From Hyphomicrobiales bacterium (lineage in GTDB: Bacteria; Pseudomonadota; Alphaproteobacteria; Rhizobiales; Xanthobacteraceae): a stretch of 56,079 nucleotides of DNA. Below the pieces are notes generated by a model, which was given only the letters and a program-made list of their open reading frames with translations, made no database searches and was not told the DNA's origin. The translations under genes and the position numbers were made by a program. Location: assembly GCA_019237215.1 (NCBI GenBank), contig JAFAHL010000386.1, positions 1 to 56,079 of the forward strand, in the 5' to 3' direction. Positions within the stretch are counted from its first letter, which is position 1, and every line of letters starts with the position of its first letter. Positions 40,617-48,353 of the stretch are shown piece by piece.

Positions 40617-41105
40617 TCACGCCGCCGATCCGAAAAGGCGACGATCCCAGTAGACCGGTTGATGCAGGCTCGCCTCGACCAGCCGAAACTCGGCATGCGC
40701 CGGGTTGATCATGATGTTGTTGTCGAGCCGGGCGACAACGCTTGGCGCAATGAGGACGAGGCTCCGTTTCTGGTCGAACCATTGCTCGCCGAATTGCCGG
40801 CTCACTGTCGAGGGCAGGCTGTCCCACCCCGGCAGGCTCGGCGGAGAAAAGACCTCATAGGAAAGGCCCCGGGGAATCGTAATTTGAACATAGTGCTGGT
40901 TGGGCGGCAGTCGCCCGCTGCCACGGACCAGCTTTTCCAGCAACGCTGTCGAATAATGCTCGCTCGAATAGATGAGCGGGCTTCCTGGCGTATTCCATCG
41001 TCCCGGAGCCAGGGACGAGCCGGTCGCGTCGAAGATCGGATGAGCGCCTCGTGGATCGCCGATACGGAACGAAGAAAGTGTCCGATCGAGGATCTGCGCG
41101 GTCAC
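40617..41105 (-). CDS. RES-domain toxin (NAD+-targeting family)
   Basis: GTG 41105 overlaps the antitoxin stop (GTGA). ...APGRWNTPGSPLIYSSEHYSTALLE...QHYVQITIP...SLVLIAPSVVARLDNNIMINPAH carries the R...E...S spacing of RES domains; 162 aa. Confidence 0.8.
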   Translation of the reverse strand: MTAQILDRTLSSFRIGDPRGAHPIFDATGSSLAPGRWNTPGSPLIYSSEHYSTALLEKLVRGSGRLPPNQHYVQITIPRGLSYEVFSPPSLPGWDSLPSTVSRQFGEQWFDQKRSLVLIAPSVVARLDNNIMINPAHAEFRLVEASLHQPVYWDRRLFGSAA

Positions 41106-41551
41106 GCCGCCGTGCCGTATTTGAGACCGCCGAGAACGTCGACGACGAGTTCCGCGCCGAACTCGCTCTGAATCACCAGATCGATCGGCCGTTTGTCTTC
41201 CGCCATCGGGTTGGGACGAAACAGGAAATCCCGCGCCTCGTCGTCGCTGCCCCAAACGTCGCGCGCGACGCTCCACACCTTGGCGAGGCGCGCCAGTCTG
41301 GCCCCCTCCTCCGGCGACAACCTGTTGGTCGCCTTTCGCCGCTCGAGCGTGGCCTTGGGAACCAGCCGGTATTTGAATTGCGCGTCGTCGGGCGCAACGA
41401 GGCCCGCAACCTTGTCGACGGCCTTGACCGGCAGCCCGTGCTCGATACGGATGATCAGCGCGACGAGTGAATGAGCCTCCGAGGACTTCCCCGGAAGGCC
41501 CAACGACACCCGAACGTCGCTCAACTCAAACATCATTTCGCTCCGCCTCAT
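41102..41551 (-). CDS. Xre-like antitoxin with DUF2384 (MbcA/ParS-type) toxin-binding domain
   Basis: C-terminal RLSPEEGARLARLAKVWSVARDVWGSDDEARDFLFRPNPMAEDKRPIDLVIQSEFGAELVVDVLGGLKYG is the DUF2384 signature; start may be 41551, 41536 or 41533. Confidence 0.8.
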   Translation of the reverse strand: MRRSEMMFELSDVRVSLGLPGKSSEAHSLVALIIRIEHGLPVKAVDKVAGLVAPDDAQFKYRLVPKATLERRKATNRLSPEEGARLARLAKVWSVARDVWGSDDEARDFLFRPNPMAEDKRPIDLVIQSEFGAELVVDVLGGLKYGTAA

Positions 41552-41710
41552 CCGAGGCAGAATATAGTCTCATCTGAGGCCGAGGTCAAGGCGCGCGCCG
41601 TCTCGCAGGATCCCACGTCCGCGCCAGCGCCCACAAATCCCGGCCCTCAGTTGACTTCGAACGGGGCGAACTGCAAACTTTCACGTGGGATTATCGAGGA
41701 GACGCAAGCC

Positions 41711-42331
41711 ATGACGGGCAAGAAAATACTGATGCTGGTCGGCGAGTTCAGCGAAGAATACGAAATCTTCGTGTTCGAACAGGCGATGCACGCCGTGGGG
41801 CATAAGGTCGACGTCGTCTGCCCTGACAAGAAGGCAGGCGACAACATCAAGACGTCGCTGCACGATTTCGAGGGCGACCAGACATACACGGAGAAGCCCG
41901 GCCATCTCTATACGCTCAACAAGACCTTCGCTAAGGTGAAGCCCGAGGAATATGACGCCGTCTATGTCGCCGGCGGGCGCGGGCCGGAGTACATCCGGAT
42001 CGACACGCGCGTTCAGGCAATCGTTCGGCACTTCCACGAGGCGAACAAGCCGATCTTCACGATCTGCCATGGGGTTCAGGTTCTCATTGCAGTCGAGGGC
42101 GTCGTGAAGGGCCGGCGCGTGGCGGCGCTGCAGTATTGCGAGCCGGAAGTGCGCCTCGCGGGCGGCATTTATGTCGACGTCGAGCCTACCGGCGCGTGCG
42201 CGGACGGCAACCTCATATCCGCCAAAGGCTGGCCGGGGCTGGCCGCGTTCATGCGCGAATGCCTGAAGGCGCTCGGGACCTCGATTCGTCACGGCGAGAC
42301 GGTCAAAGGACCTGTCCGCAAGGTCGCGTGA
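41711..42331 (+). CDS. DJ-1/PfpI family protein (class I glutamine-amidotransferase-like)
   Basis: ATG 41711: MTGKKILMLVGEFSEEYEIFVFEQAM...YDAVYVAGGRGPEYIR...KPIFTICHGVQVLI (nucleophile-elbow Cys-His). Confidence 0.85.
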   Translation: MTGKKILMLVGEFSEEYEIFVFEQAMHAVGHKVDVVCPDKKAGDNIKTSLHDFEGDQTYTEKPGHLYTLNKTFAKVKPEEYDAVYVAGGRGPEYIRIDTRVQAIVRHFHEANKPIFTICHGVQVLIAVEGVVKGRRVAALQYCEPEVRLAGGIYVDVEPTGACADGNLISAKGWPGLAAFMRECLKALGTSIRHGETVKGPVRKVA

Positions 42332-42506
42332 GACCGCGCCGGCGCATCGACCTTCGAGTTGAGATGCGCAGGCCGCGTTACCCCGCGGGAGTAGCGGCCC
42401 TCGGTACTCCCGGGGTGATCCGACAAGCGCGGCTCTTCGCGGGCGCCATTCGATAGGGCCACGCCATCTGGCTTCGTGAGACTACGACCGAGATAGACGA
42501 ATACGG

Positions 42507-42926
42507 ATGAGGGACGTGGCCAAAGCAAAACAGTGGATGCGGGTGACCCGCGCGGCCCGCCCTCAGCCGCCAGGCGAGGCGGAGAAGCAGGTGATCGTCG
42601 CGGCTTGCGAGGCCTTCATCAGCGATGTCTTGAAGCCGCGCTTCCTGCCGCAGATCAGGCCGACCGAATGGAACTATGTGATCGACGTCCATGGCGCGTG
42701 GGCGGCGGGGCGATATCGCTTCATGCAACGCTACCGGTCGGGAATGGAACACAATAGTGGGGAGGAATTCGATGCGCCGTTCGCCCGCATCGACCGCATG
42801 GGGCCGGACCGCTTTGATATCTACTGGATGCGGCACACCGGCAAATGGTGGCGGCTCCACGTCGGCTTGACACTTGCCGAGGCGCTTCGAATCCTCGAAA
42901 CGGATGGTGTCCTGCATCCCGTCTGA
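42507..42926 (+). CDS. DUF3024-like hypothetical protein
   Basis: 139 aa; C-terminal FARIDRMGPDRFDIYWMRHTGKWWRLHVGLTLAEALRILETDGVLHP resembles the DUF3024 pattern (..W.LYW.R...KWH.Y... then D....F) as I recall it; not verified. Confidence 0.5.
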   Translation: MRDVAKAKQWMRVTRAARPQPPGEAEKQVIVAACEAFISDVLKPRFLPQIRPTEWNYVIDVHGAWAAGRYRFMQRYRSGMEHNSGEEFDAPFARIDRMGPDRFDIYWMRHTGKWWRLHVGLTLAEALRILETDGVLHPV

Positions 42927-42949
42927 CCCCCGCCACGGTGGCCGCCTCC

Positions 42950-44137
42950 ATGAGCGAATACCAGTACTACGAATTCACGGCGATCGACCGTCCGCTTGGC
43001 GGAGCGGATCAGGACGCCCTGCGGGCTTTGTCGACCCGAGCGCGGATCACGGCCACAAGCTTCACGAATTCGTATGAATGGGGCGACTTCAAGGGCGATC
43101 CGGCCGGGCTGATGGAGAACTGGTTCGATTTACATCTCTATCTGGCCAATTGGGGCTCGCGCCGGCTGATGATCCATTGGCCGGCGCGTCTGGTCGATCG
43201 GCATCTGCTCGGCGCCCTTCTCCGCGAGGTCGATTGCGCCACGCTCCGCAGCGCCGGCCAGAACCTGATTCTGGATATCGGTATCGACGAAGCGGAATCC
43301 GAGGACTGGGATGATGGCTCGGGTTGGCTGGCGGCGCTCGCGCCGTTGCGCGCTGACGTTCTCGGAGGCGACCTGCGGCTGTTCTACCTCCTCTGGCTGA
43401 GGGCGGTCGAGGCAGACGTGTTCGAGCCGGACAAACTGGAGCCCATCCCGGGAATCGGGCCGATGACTGGCGCTCTCGATGCCTTCGCCAACTTCTTCAA
43501 CATTGATCGCGACCTCATCGCGGCGGCGGCCGAGCGCTCCGCCGACCCGCTCGCGGGCCAGCCAGCGTCATCAAAGGCGATCAGGCCGATAGTCGCCGCG
43601 ATGACCGACATGGAAAAGACCGACCTGCTCGCGCGGTTGTTCGACGGCGATGCACATGCGGCGAGCCGACTGCGCTCGTTTGTCCGTCAGCGTCTGGTGT
43701 CTGAAATCGACGCCCCGCTCGGCGCCGCGCGCACGGTTGGCCAATTGCGCGCCCGCGCCGAAGCGATCCGGCACGCCCGCGAGCGCGCCCAGGCTGAAAA
43801 GGCCGCCGTCGAGCAAAGACGGCGCGACGAGGAGGCCGAGCGGGCGCGCCGCGCACGCCTCGAAGCCATCTGCCGGCGCCGCGAAAGCGTCTGGCGCGAG
43901 ATCGAGGTCGAGATCGAGCGCCGCAACGCGACTGGATATGACAAGGCTGCCAGCCTACTCTTCGGTCTTCGGGCGATATCCGAAAAAAAGGCGCGCCCGA
44001 GGACTTCGTCCGTCGCCTTCAGGAGATACGCGACCGCCATGCCCGCAAGGAGCGGTTCATCGAACGGCTGGCGAAATTGGGATAGCATAGCGGGTCGTCG
44101 AGTAGGTTGGCGGGTGGGACCGGCCGGAACGTGTTGA
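42950..44137 (+). CDS. conserved hypothetical protein (MSEYQYYEF... family); the native C-terminus probably requires a -1 shift at 43984-43990 and would end at 44085
   Basis: ATG 42950, 24 nt after the previous stop. N-terminus MSEYQYYEFTAIDRPLGGADQDALRALSTRARITATSFTNSYEWGDFKGDP; Arg/Glu coiled-coil C-terminal half. After A-AAA-AAG, the -1 frame (GAPEDFVRRLQEIRDRHARKERFIERLAKLG*) has higher GC3 than the zero frame. Confidence 0.6.
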   Translation: MSEYQYYEFTAIDRPLGGADQDALRALSTRARITATSFTNSYEWGDFKGDPAGLMENWFDLHLYLANWGSRRLMIHWPARLVDRHLLGALLREVDCATLRSAGQNLILDIGIDEAESEDWDDGSGWLAALAPLRADVLGGDLRLFYLLWLRAVEADVFEPDKLEPIPGIGPMTGALDAFANFFNIDRDLIAAAAERSADPLAGQPASSKAIRPIVAAMTDMEKTDLLARLFDGDAHAASRLRSFVRQRLVSEIDAPLGAARTVGQLRARAEAIRHARERAQAEKAAVEQRRRDEEAERARRARLEAICRRRESVWREIEVEIERRNATGYDKAASLLFGLRAISEKKARPRTSSVAFRRYATAMPARSGSSNGWRNWDSIAGRRVGWRVGPAGTC

Positions 44138-44229
44138 CGATCATTCCATGGCGTACCCGAGCGCCCGATAGACTGGGACATGCTGGAGACGGTGCGGCGG
44201 AACCGGGCGCTGCCGATCGCCCGCGCCCG

Positions 44230-44837
44230 GGCACGAGCAAGCCCGCGCCGTTCGACGTGGTCGTCGTCCACTCGTTCAGCCGGTTCTTCCGCGATCAATT
44301 CGAGCTGGAGTTCTACGTCCGTCGGCCGGTGAAGAACGGCGTCAAGCTCGTCTCGATCACCCAGCAGATGGGCGACGATCCGATGCACGTCATGATGCGG
44401 CAGATCATGGCGCTGTTCGACGAGTGCCAGTCGAAGGAGGACGCCAAGCATGTTCTCCGTGCCTTGAAAGAGAATGCGCGGCAAGGCTTCTGGAACGGCT
44501 CGTTTGCCGCCGACCGGCTATCGTGTCATCGCGGCCGAGCACCGCGGCGCCGAGGTCAAGAAGAAGCTGGAGATCGATCCGTTGCACGCGGATACGCTGC
44601 GGCTCGCCTTGGAGGGCGATGGCACGACCGGCCAGTTGGGCGTCAAGAACATCGTCAGCTACCTCCGCTTGCTCCAGCCCGAACGGCTGGAGGCGATCCT
44701 CGACCATCTCCGCGCGCTCGCCCAGCGGGTCGAGGTCGCCGAGGGCGGGGCGCCGATCGACGGATCGAAGTCGCGGTTGCTCCAGACCCCTTGTGGCGAA
44801 CGGTGGCGTAAACACCGTGCCCACTCAGGGACTGAAG
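44230..44837 (+). pseudogene. decayed large serine recombinase (N-terminal catalytic part missing, frameshift, internal deletion)
   Basis: KPAPFDVVVVHSFSRFFRDQFELEFYVRR.VKNGVKLVSITQQMGDDPMHVMMRQIMALFDECQSKEDAKHVLRALKENARQGFWNGS continues in another frame as LPPTGYRVIAAEHRGAEVKKKLEIDPLHADT... (extra T in the run 44503-44505). No Ser-containing N-terminus; total length is far below the 500+ aa of intact members. Confidence 0.7.
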
Positions 44838-44931
44838 TGGCGGAGACGGAGGGATTCGAACCCTCGATAGGGCTTTACAACCCTATAACGGTTTAGCAAA
44901 CCGCCGCCTTCAGCCTCTCGGCCACATCTCC
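44838..44931 (-). tRNA. tRNA-Ser (anticodon GCU)
   Basis: Reverse complement GGAGATG-TG-GCCGAGAGGCTGAAGGC-G-GCGGT-TTGCTAA-ACCGT-long variable arm (TATAGGGTTGTAAAGCCCTATC)-GAGGG-TTCGAAT-CCCTC-CGTCTCC-G-CCA. Confidence 0.9.
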
Positions 44932-44996
44932 GACTGCGCAGGGCGCGATCGAGATATGCCCGACGGCGCCAGCCATTGCAAGCACTCTCCCCTTGC

Positions 44997-45704
44997 CTAA
45001 CGGGCGCGCTGGCCGAACAGGACCTTGCGCGCCGCTTCGTCCTTCGAGAGGTCGCGCTCCTGCCGGCCCGGAATGTCGAGGGCAAGCCCGCGCTGGACTC
45101 CCGGCCGCGCGAGCAATGCATCGAGCCAGCGCGCGAGATGCGGGAAGTCCGTGATCTCCTGACCGTAGCGCTTCCAGCCCCTGGTCCAGCCGACGCACGC
45201 CATATCGGCGATCGAATAGGCGCCAGCCAGATATTCGTAACCCGCCAGGCGATGGTTCATAACGCCGAAGAGCCGGTTCACCTCGTCGGTGTAGCGGTCG
45301 ATCGCATACGAAATCTTCTCGCTCGCGTAGATGCGGAAGTGATTCGCCTGGCCAGCCATGGGCCCGAGACCGCCTATCTGCCAGAACAGCCACTCGCTGA
45401 CCGCCACTCGCTCCCGCGCGCTCTCGCCGCGGAAGCGCCCTGTCTTGTTGGCGAGATACTGCAAAATCGCGCCAGACTCGAACACCGAAATCGGCTCGCC
45501 GTCAGGTCCGTCCGGATCGACGATCGCCGGCATGCGGTTGTTCGGCGAGATGGCGAGAAAGGACGGCTCAAACTGCTGGCCAGCGCTGATATCGACGCCG
45601 CGCACCGTATAAGGCAGGCCGCACTCTTCCAGCATGATGGAGATCTTCCACCCGTTGGGAGTCGGCCAATAATAGAGGTCAATCGGCTTTGCGGATCGAG
45701 TCAT
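44997..45704 (-). CDS. yfcG: glutathione S-transferase family protein, YfcG-like (Nu class)
   Basis: ATG 45704: MTRSAKPIDLYYWPTPNGWKISIMLEECGLPY...ISPNNRMPAIVDPDGPDGEPISVFESGAILQYLANKTG...WLFWQIGGLGPMAGQANHF...YAIDRYTDEVNRLF aligns closely with E. coli YfcG as I recall it. Confidence 0.85.
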   Translation of the reverse strand: MTRSAKPIDLYYWPTPNGWKISIMLEECGLPYTVRGVDISAGQQFEPSFLAISPNNRMPAIVDPDGPDGEPISVFESGAILQYLANKTGRFRGESARERVAVSEWLFWQIGGLGPMAGQANHFRIYASEKISYAIDRYTDEVNRLFGVMNHRLAGYEYLAGAYSIADMACVGWTRGWKRYGQEITDFPHLARWLDALLARPGVQRGLALDIPGRQERDLSKDEAARKVLFGQRAR

Positions 45705-45935
45705 GCGCCGCTCGTCTTGCCACACGACGCCGCGTGCGGTCGAGGGCCGGCGCTCAACAATAACGCCGGAGGCTATCACCAAACAATGCGCTCAATCGCG
45801 GCGTCTTGGCAACCCGACCTCAGGCAGACCCGCGCGCAGGCGGATGAGCGCCACCACACGGTTCCTCTTCCGGCCGTCACAACCCACCGCCGTGGCTCCC
45901 TCAGTGGAAACGCAACGATAAGCGCGACCGCGGCC

Positions 45936-45973
45936 GATCAGGCTCGGTTCGTCCGCCAGAGCCGAGCCTGATC
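45936..45973 (-). terminator. 12-bp perfect stem-loop downstream of the H1-like gene (terminator-like, no U-tract)
   Basis: gatcaggctcgg (45936-45947) and ccgagcctgatc (45962-45973) with a 14-nt loop; 27 nt after the stop at 46000. Confidence 0.4.
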
Positions 45974-45999
45974 AACCGCTACGCCAACGCGCAAGAGGA

Positions 46000-46278
46000 T
46001 CACGTCTGCGGCGGCATCTCGGACGACGGAGGAGCCGGGGCGGCCTTCTTGCGCTTAGCAGGAGCGCGCTTCGCCGCCGACTTTTTCGCGGCAGTCTTCT
46101 TCTTCGCAGCCGTCTTCCTTCCGGCGGACTTCTTCGCGGCGCCTTTCTTTACCGCGCCTTTGCGCACAGCCTTCTTGGCGACGACCTTACGCGCGCTCTT
46201 CTTCGCAGCGACCTTTTTTGCGGGCCTTTTCTTGGCGGCGGATTTCTTCGCCGTCTTTTTGGTAGCAGCTTTCGCCAT
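46000..46278 (-). CDS. histone H1-like Lys/Ala-rich nucleoid-associated protein
   Basis: ATG 46278: MAKAATKKTAKKSAAKKRPAKKVAAKKSARKVVAKKAVRKGAVKKGAAKKSAGRKTAAKKKTAAKKSAAKRAPAKRKKAAP...; 92 aa, AKK-type repeats. Confidence 0.75.
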   Translation of the reverse strand: MAKAATKKTAKKSAAKKRPAKKVAAKKSARKVVAKKAVRKGAVKKGAAKKSAGRKTAAKKKTAAKKSAAKRAPAKRKKAAPAPPSSEMPPQT

Positions 46279-46833
46279 GTGTTGCGTCCCTCTCATTCGC
46301 CTGCCTTGCGCACGAATTCTTCGCGCTATGCAGGAGCGTGAGCGAAGGTACATTCGTTTTGATTCCGCGCAAGAGTTCAGGGTCCCCAAAACGTCTGCAC
46401 AACAAGATGACTATCGAATTATCGCGCGCATAACGCCATCCCTGCGAGGGTCTACGGCCGAGCGCGCGAACAACGCGCGTGCATATCGACGTCGTCGTTC
46501 GTTCCTGTCGTCGACGCCGCCGCGTTTTGCCTCAACGAGATTGAAGCTTCTTTGAGTCGCTTGGATTCCCAAGCCTCTCCGAGGATCGAAGCATGGTGCG
46601 AGAAAGCATGTTCGCATGTGCCAGCGCCGTCGCATGACCAGCGAATCCCGCGGTATCGCCCAAGTCTACGAGCGCACGGGCGTGTCAAATCGAAACGGCG
46701 CGCGCGCGGATCGCAATCGAATTTTTCTTGGGACAAGTCGTCGCATTTTCGTTGCGACAGCGCGAATCTGCAACGCCTCTCTCGCGTGAGGCGTCGCGAA
46801 TCACCCGATTCGCGAACAGCGAATCACCGAGCC

Positions 46834-48321
46834 TCAGATGCCGAGTCCTCGCTTCAACGCTTCGCTGACGGCCTGAGGATTGGCCTTGCCGCCCGTCGAC
46901 TTCATCACCTGACCGACGAACCAGCCTAACATACCGGGCTTCGATTTCGCCTGTTCGGCTTTGTCCGGATTGGCGGCGATGACGGCGTCGACCGCGCGAT
47001 CGATCACGCGGGCGTCGGTGACTTGCCGAAGTCCGCGCGCCTCGACCAGCGCGCGCGGTTCCGCACCGCGGTCGTCGCCCACCAGCATGACAAGAAGGTC
47101 TTTGGCGATCTTGCCCGAGATCACCCCCTCGGCGATGAGATCGACGAGGGTCGCCAGCGACGCCGGGCTCAAGCCAGCTTCGGCAACCGGGATGCCCTGC
47201 GCGTTCGCATGCGCCGCGAGATCGCCCATCAGCCAGTTGGCAACCGCCTTCGCGTCGCGCTTCATGCCGTCGTGATTGACCGCGCTCTCAAAAAAGTCGG
47301 CCGTCTCGCGCTCGGCGACAAGGACCGAAGCGTCATAGGGGGAGAGGCCGTATTCGGCCATGAAGCGCGTCTTCTTGGCGTCGGGCAACTCGGGCAAAAA
47401 GGCGGCGAGCGCGTCCACGTACTCCGGATCGAGTTCAAGCGGAAGCAGATCGGGGTCGGGAAAATACCGGTAGTCGTGCGCCTCCTCCTTGGAGCGCATC
47501 GAGCGCGTTTCACCGCGCGTCGGATCGAAGAGCCGCGTTTCCTGTTCGATCGTTCCACCGTCTTCGAGAGTTGCGATCTGCCGGCGCGCCTCCGTCTCTA
47601 TCGCCTGACCGATGAAACGAATCGAGTTGACGTTCTTGATTTCGCAGCGCGTGCCGAGCGGCGTCCCCGGGCGGCGGACCGAAACGTTGACGTCGGCGCG
47701 GAGGTTCCCCTTCTCCATGTCGCCGTCGCACGACCCGATGTAGCGCAGGATCGTGCGCAGCTTGCCGACATAGGCCTTGGCCTCGTCGGCCGACCGCATG
47801 TCTGGCTTGGAGACGATTTCCATCAGCGCGACGCCAGAACGATTGAGATCGACCAAGCTCATCGTTGGGGACTGGTCATGCAGCGACTTTCCGGCGTCCT
47901 GCTCTAGATGCAGTCTTTCGATGCCCACTTTGATGGAATGTTCCGGCGTCAGGTCGACCTGAATCTCGCCCTCGCCCACAATCGGGCTCTTGTACTGCGA
48001 AATCTGATAGCCCTGCGGCAGATCCGGGTAGAAATAGTTCTTGCGGTCGAAGACCGAGCGATGATTGATCCTCGCCTTGAGTCCGAGGCCAGTTCGAACC
48101 GCCTGCGCCACGCATTCGCGGTTGATCACCGGGAGCATCCCCGGCATCGCCGCATCGATCAGCGAGACATGCGAGTTGGGCTCCCCGCCGAAGGCCGTCG
48201 AGGCCCCGGAAAACAGCTTCGCTCGCGACGTCACCTGAGCGTGAACCTCAAGTCCGACGATCACCTCCCAGTCGCCCGTCGCGCCCTTTACCAGCCTTGC
48301 CTTCGCTGGATCCGTCCTCAT
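46834..48321 (-). CDS. gatB: Asp-tRNA(Asn)/Glu-tRNA(Gln) amidotransferase subunit B
   Basis: ATG 48321: [41 protein letters not shown]...; 495 aa. Confidence 0.96.
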   Translation of the reverse strand: MRTDPAKARLVKGATGDWEVIVGLEVHAQVTSRAKLFSGASTAFGGEPNSHVSLIDAAMPGMLPVINRECVAQAVRTGLGLKARINHRSVFDRKNYFYPDLPQGYQISQYKSPIVGEGEIQVDLTPEHSIKVGIERLHLEQDAGKSLHDQSPTMSLVDLNRSGVALMEIVSKPDMRSADEAKAYVGKLRTILRYIGSCDGDMEKGNLRADVNVSVRRPGTPLGTRCEIKNVNSIRFIGQAIETEARRQIATLEDGGTIEQETRLFDPTRGETRSMRSKEEAHDYRYFPDPDLLPLELDPEYVDALAAFLPELPDAKKTRFMAEYGLSPYDASVLVAERETADFFESAVNHDGMKRDAKAVANWLMGDLAAHANAQGIPVAEAGLSPASLATLVDLIAEGVISGKIAKDLLVMLVGDDRGAEPRALVEARGLRQVTDARVIDRAVDAVIAANPDKAEQAKSKPGMLGWFVGQVMKSTGGKANPQAVSEALKRGLGI

Positions 48322-48353
48322 GTCAATGACCTCGGTTTTCGAGAACAGTGCGC

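Noticed and set aside
46411-46736. ORFs 46411-46635 (-) and 46452-46736 (-) inside the long gatB / H1-like spacer
   Set aside because: They have low GC3, Cys/Arg-rich composition, no family resemblance and no ribosome-binding context. The region is treated as noncoding.
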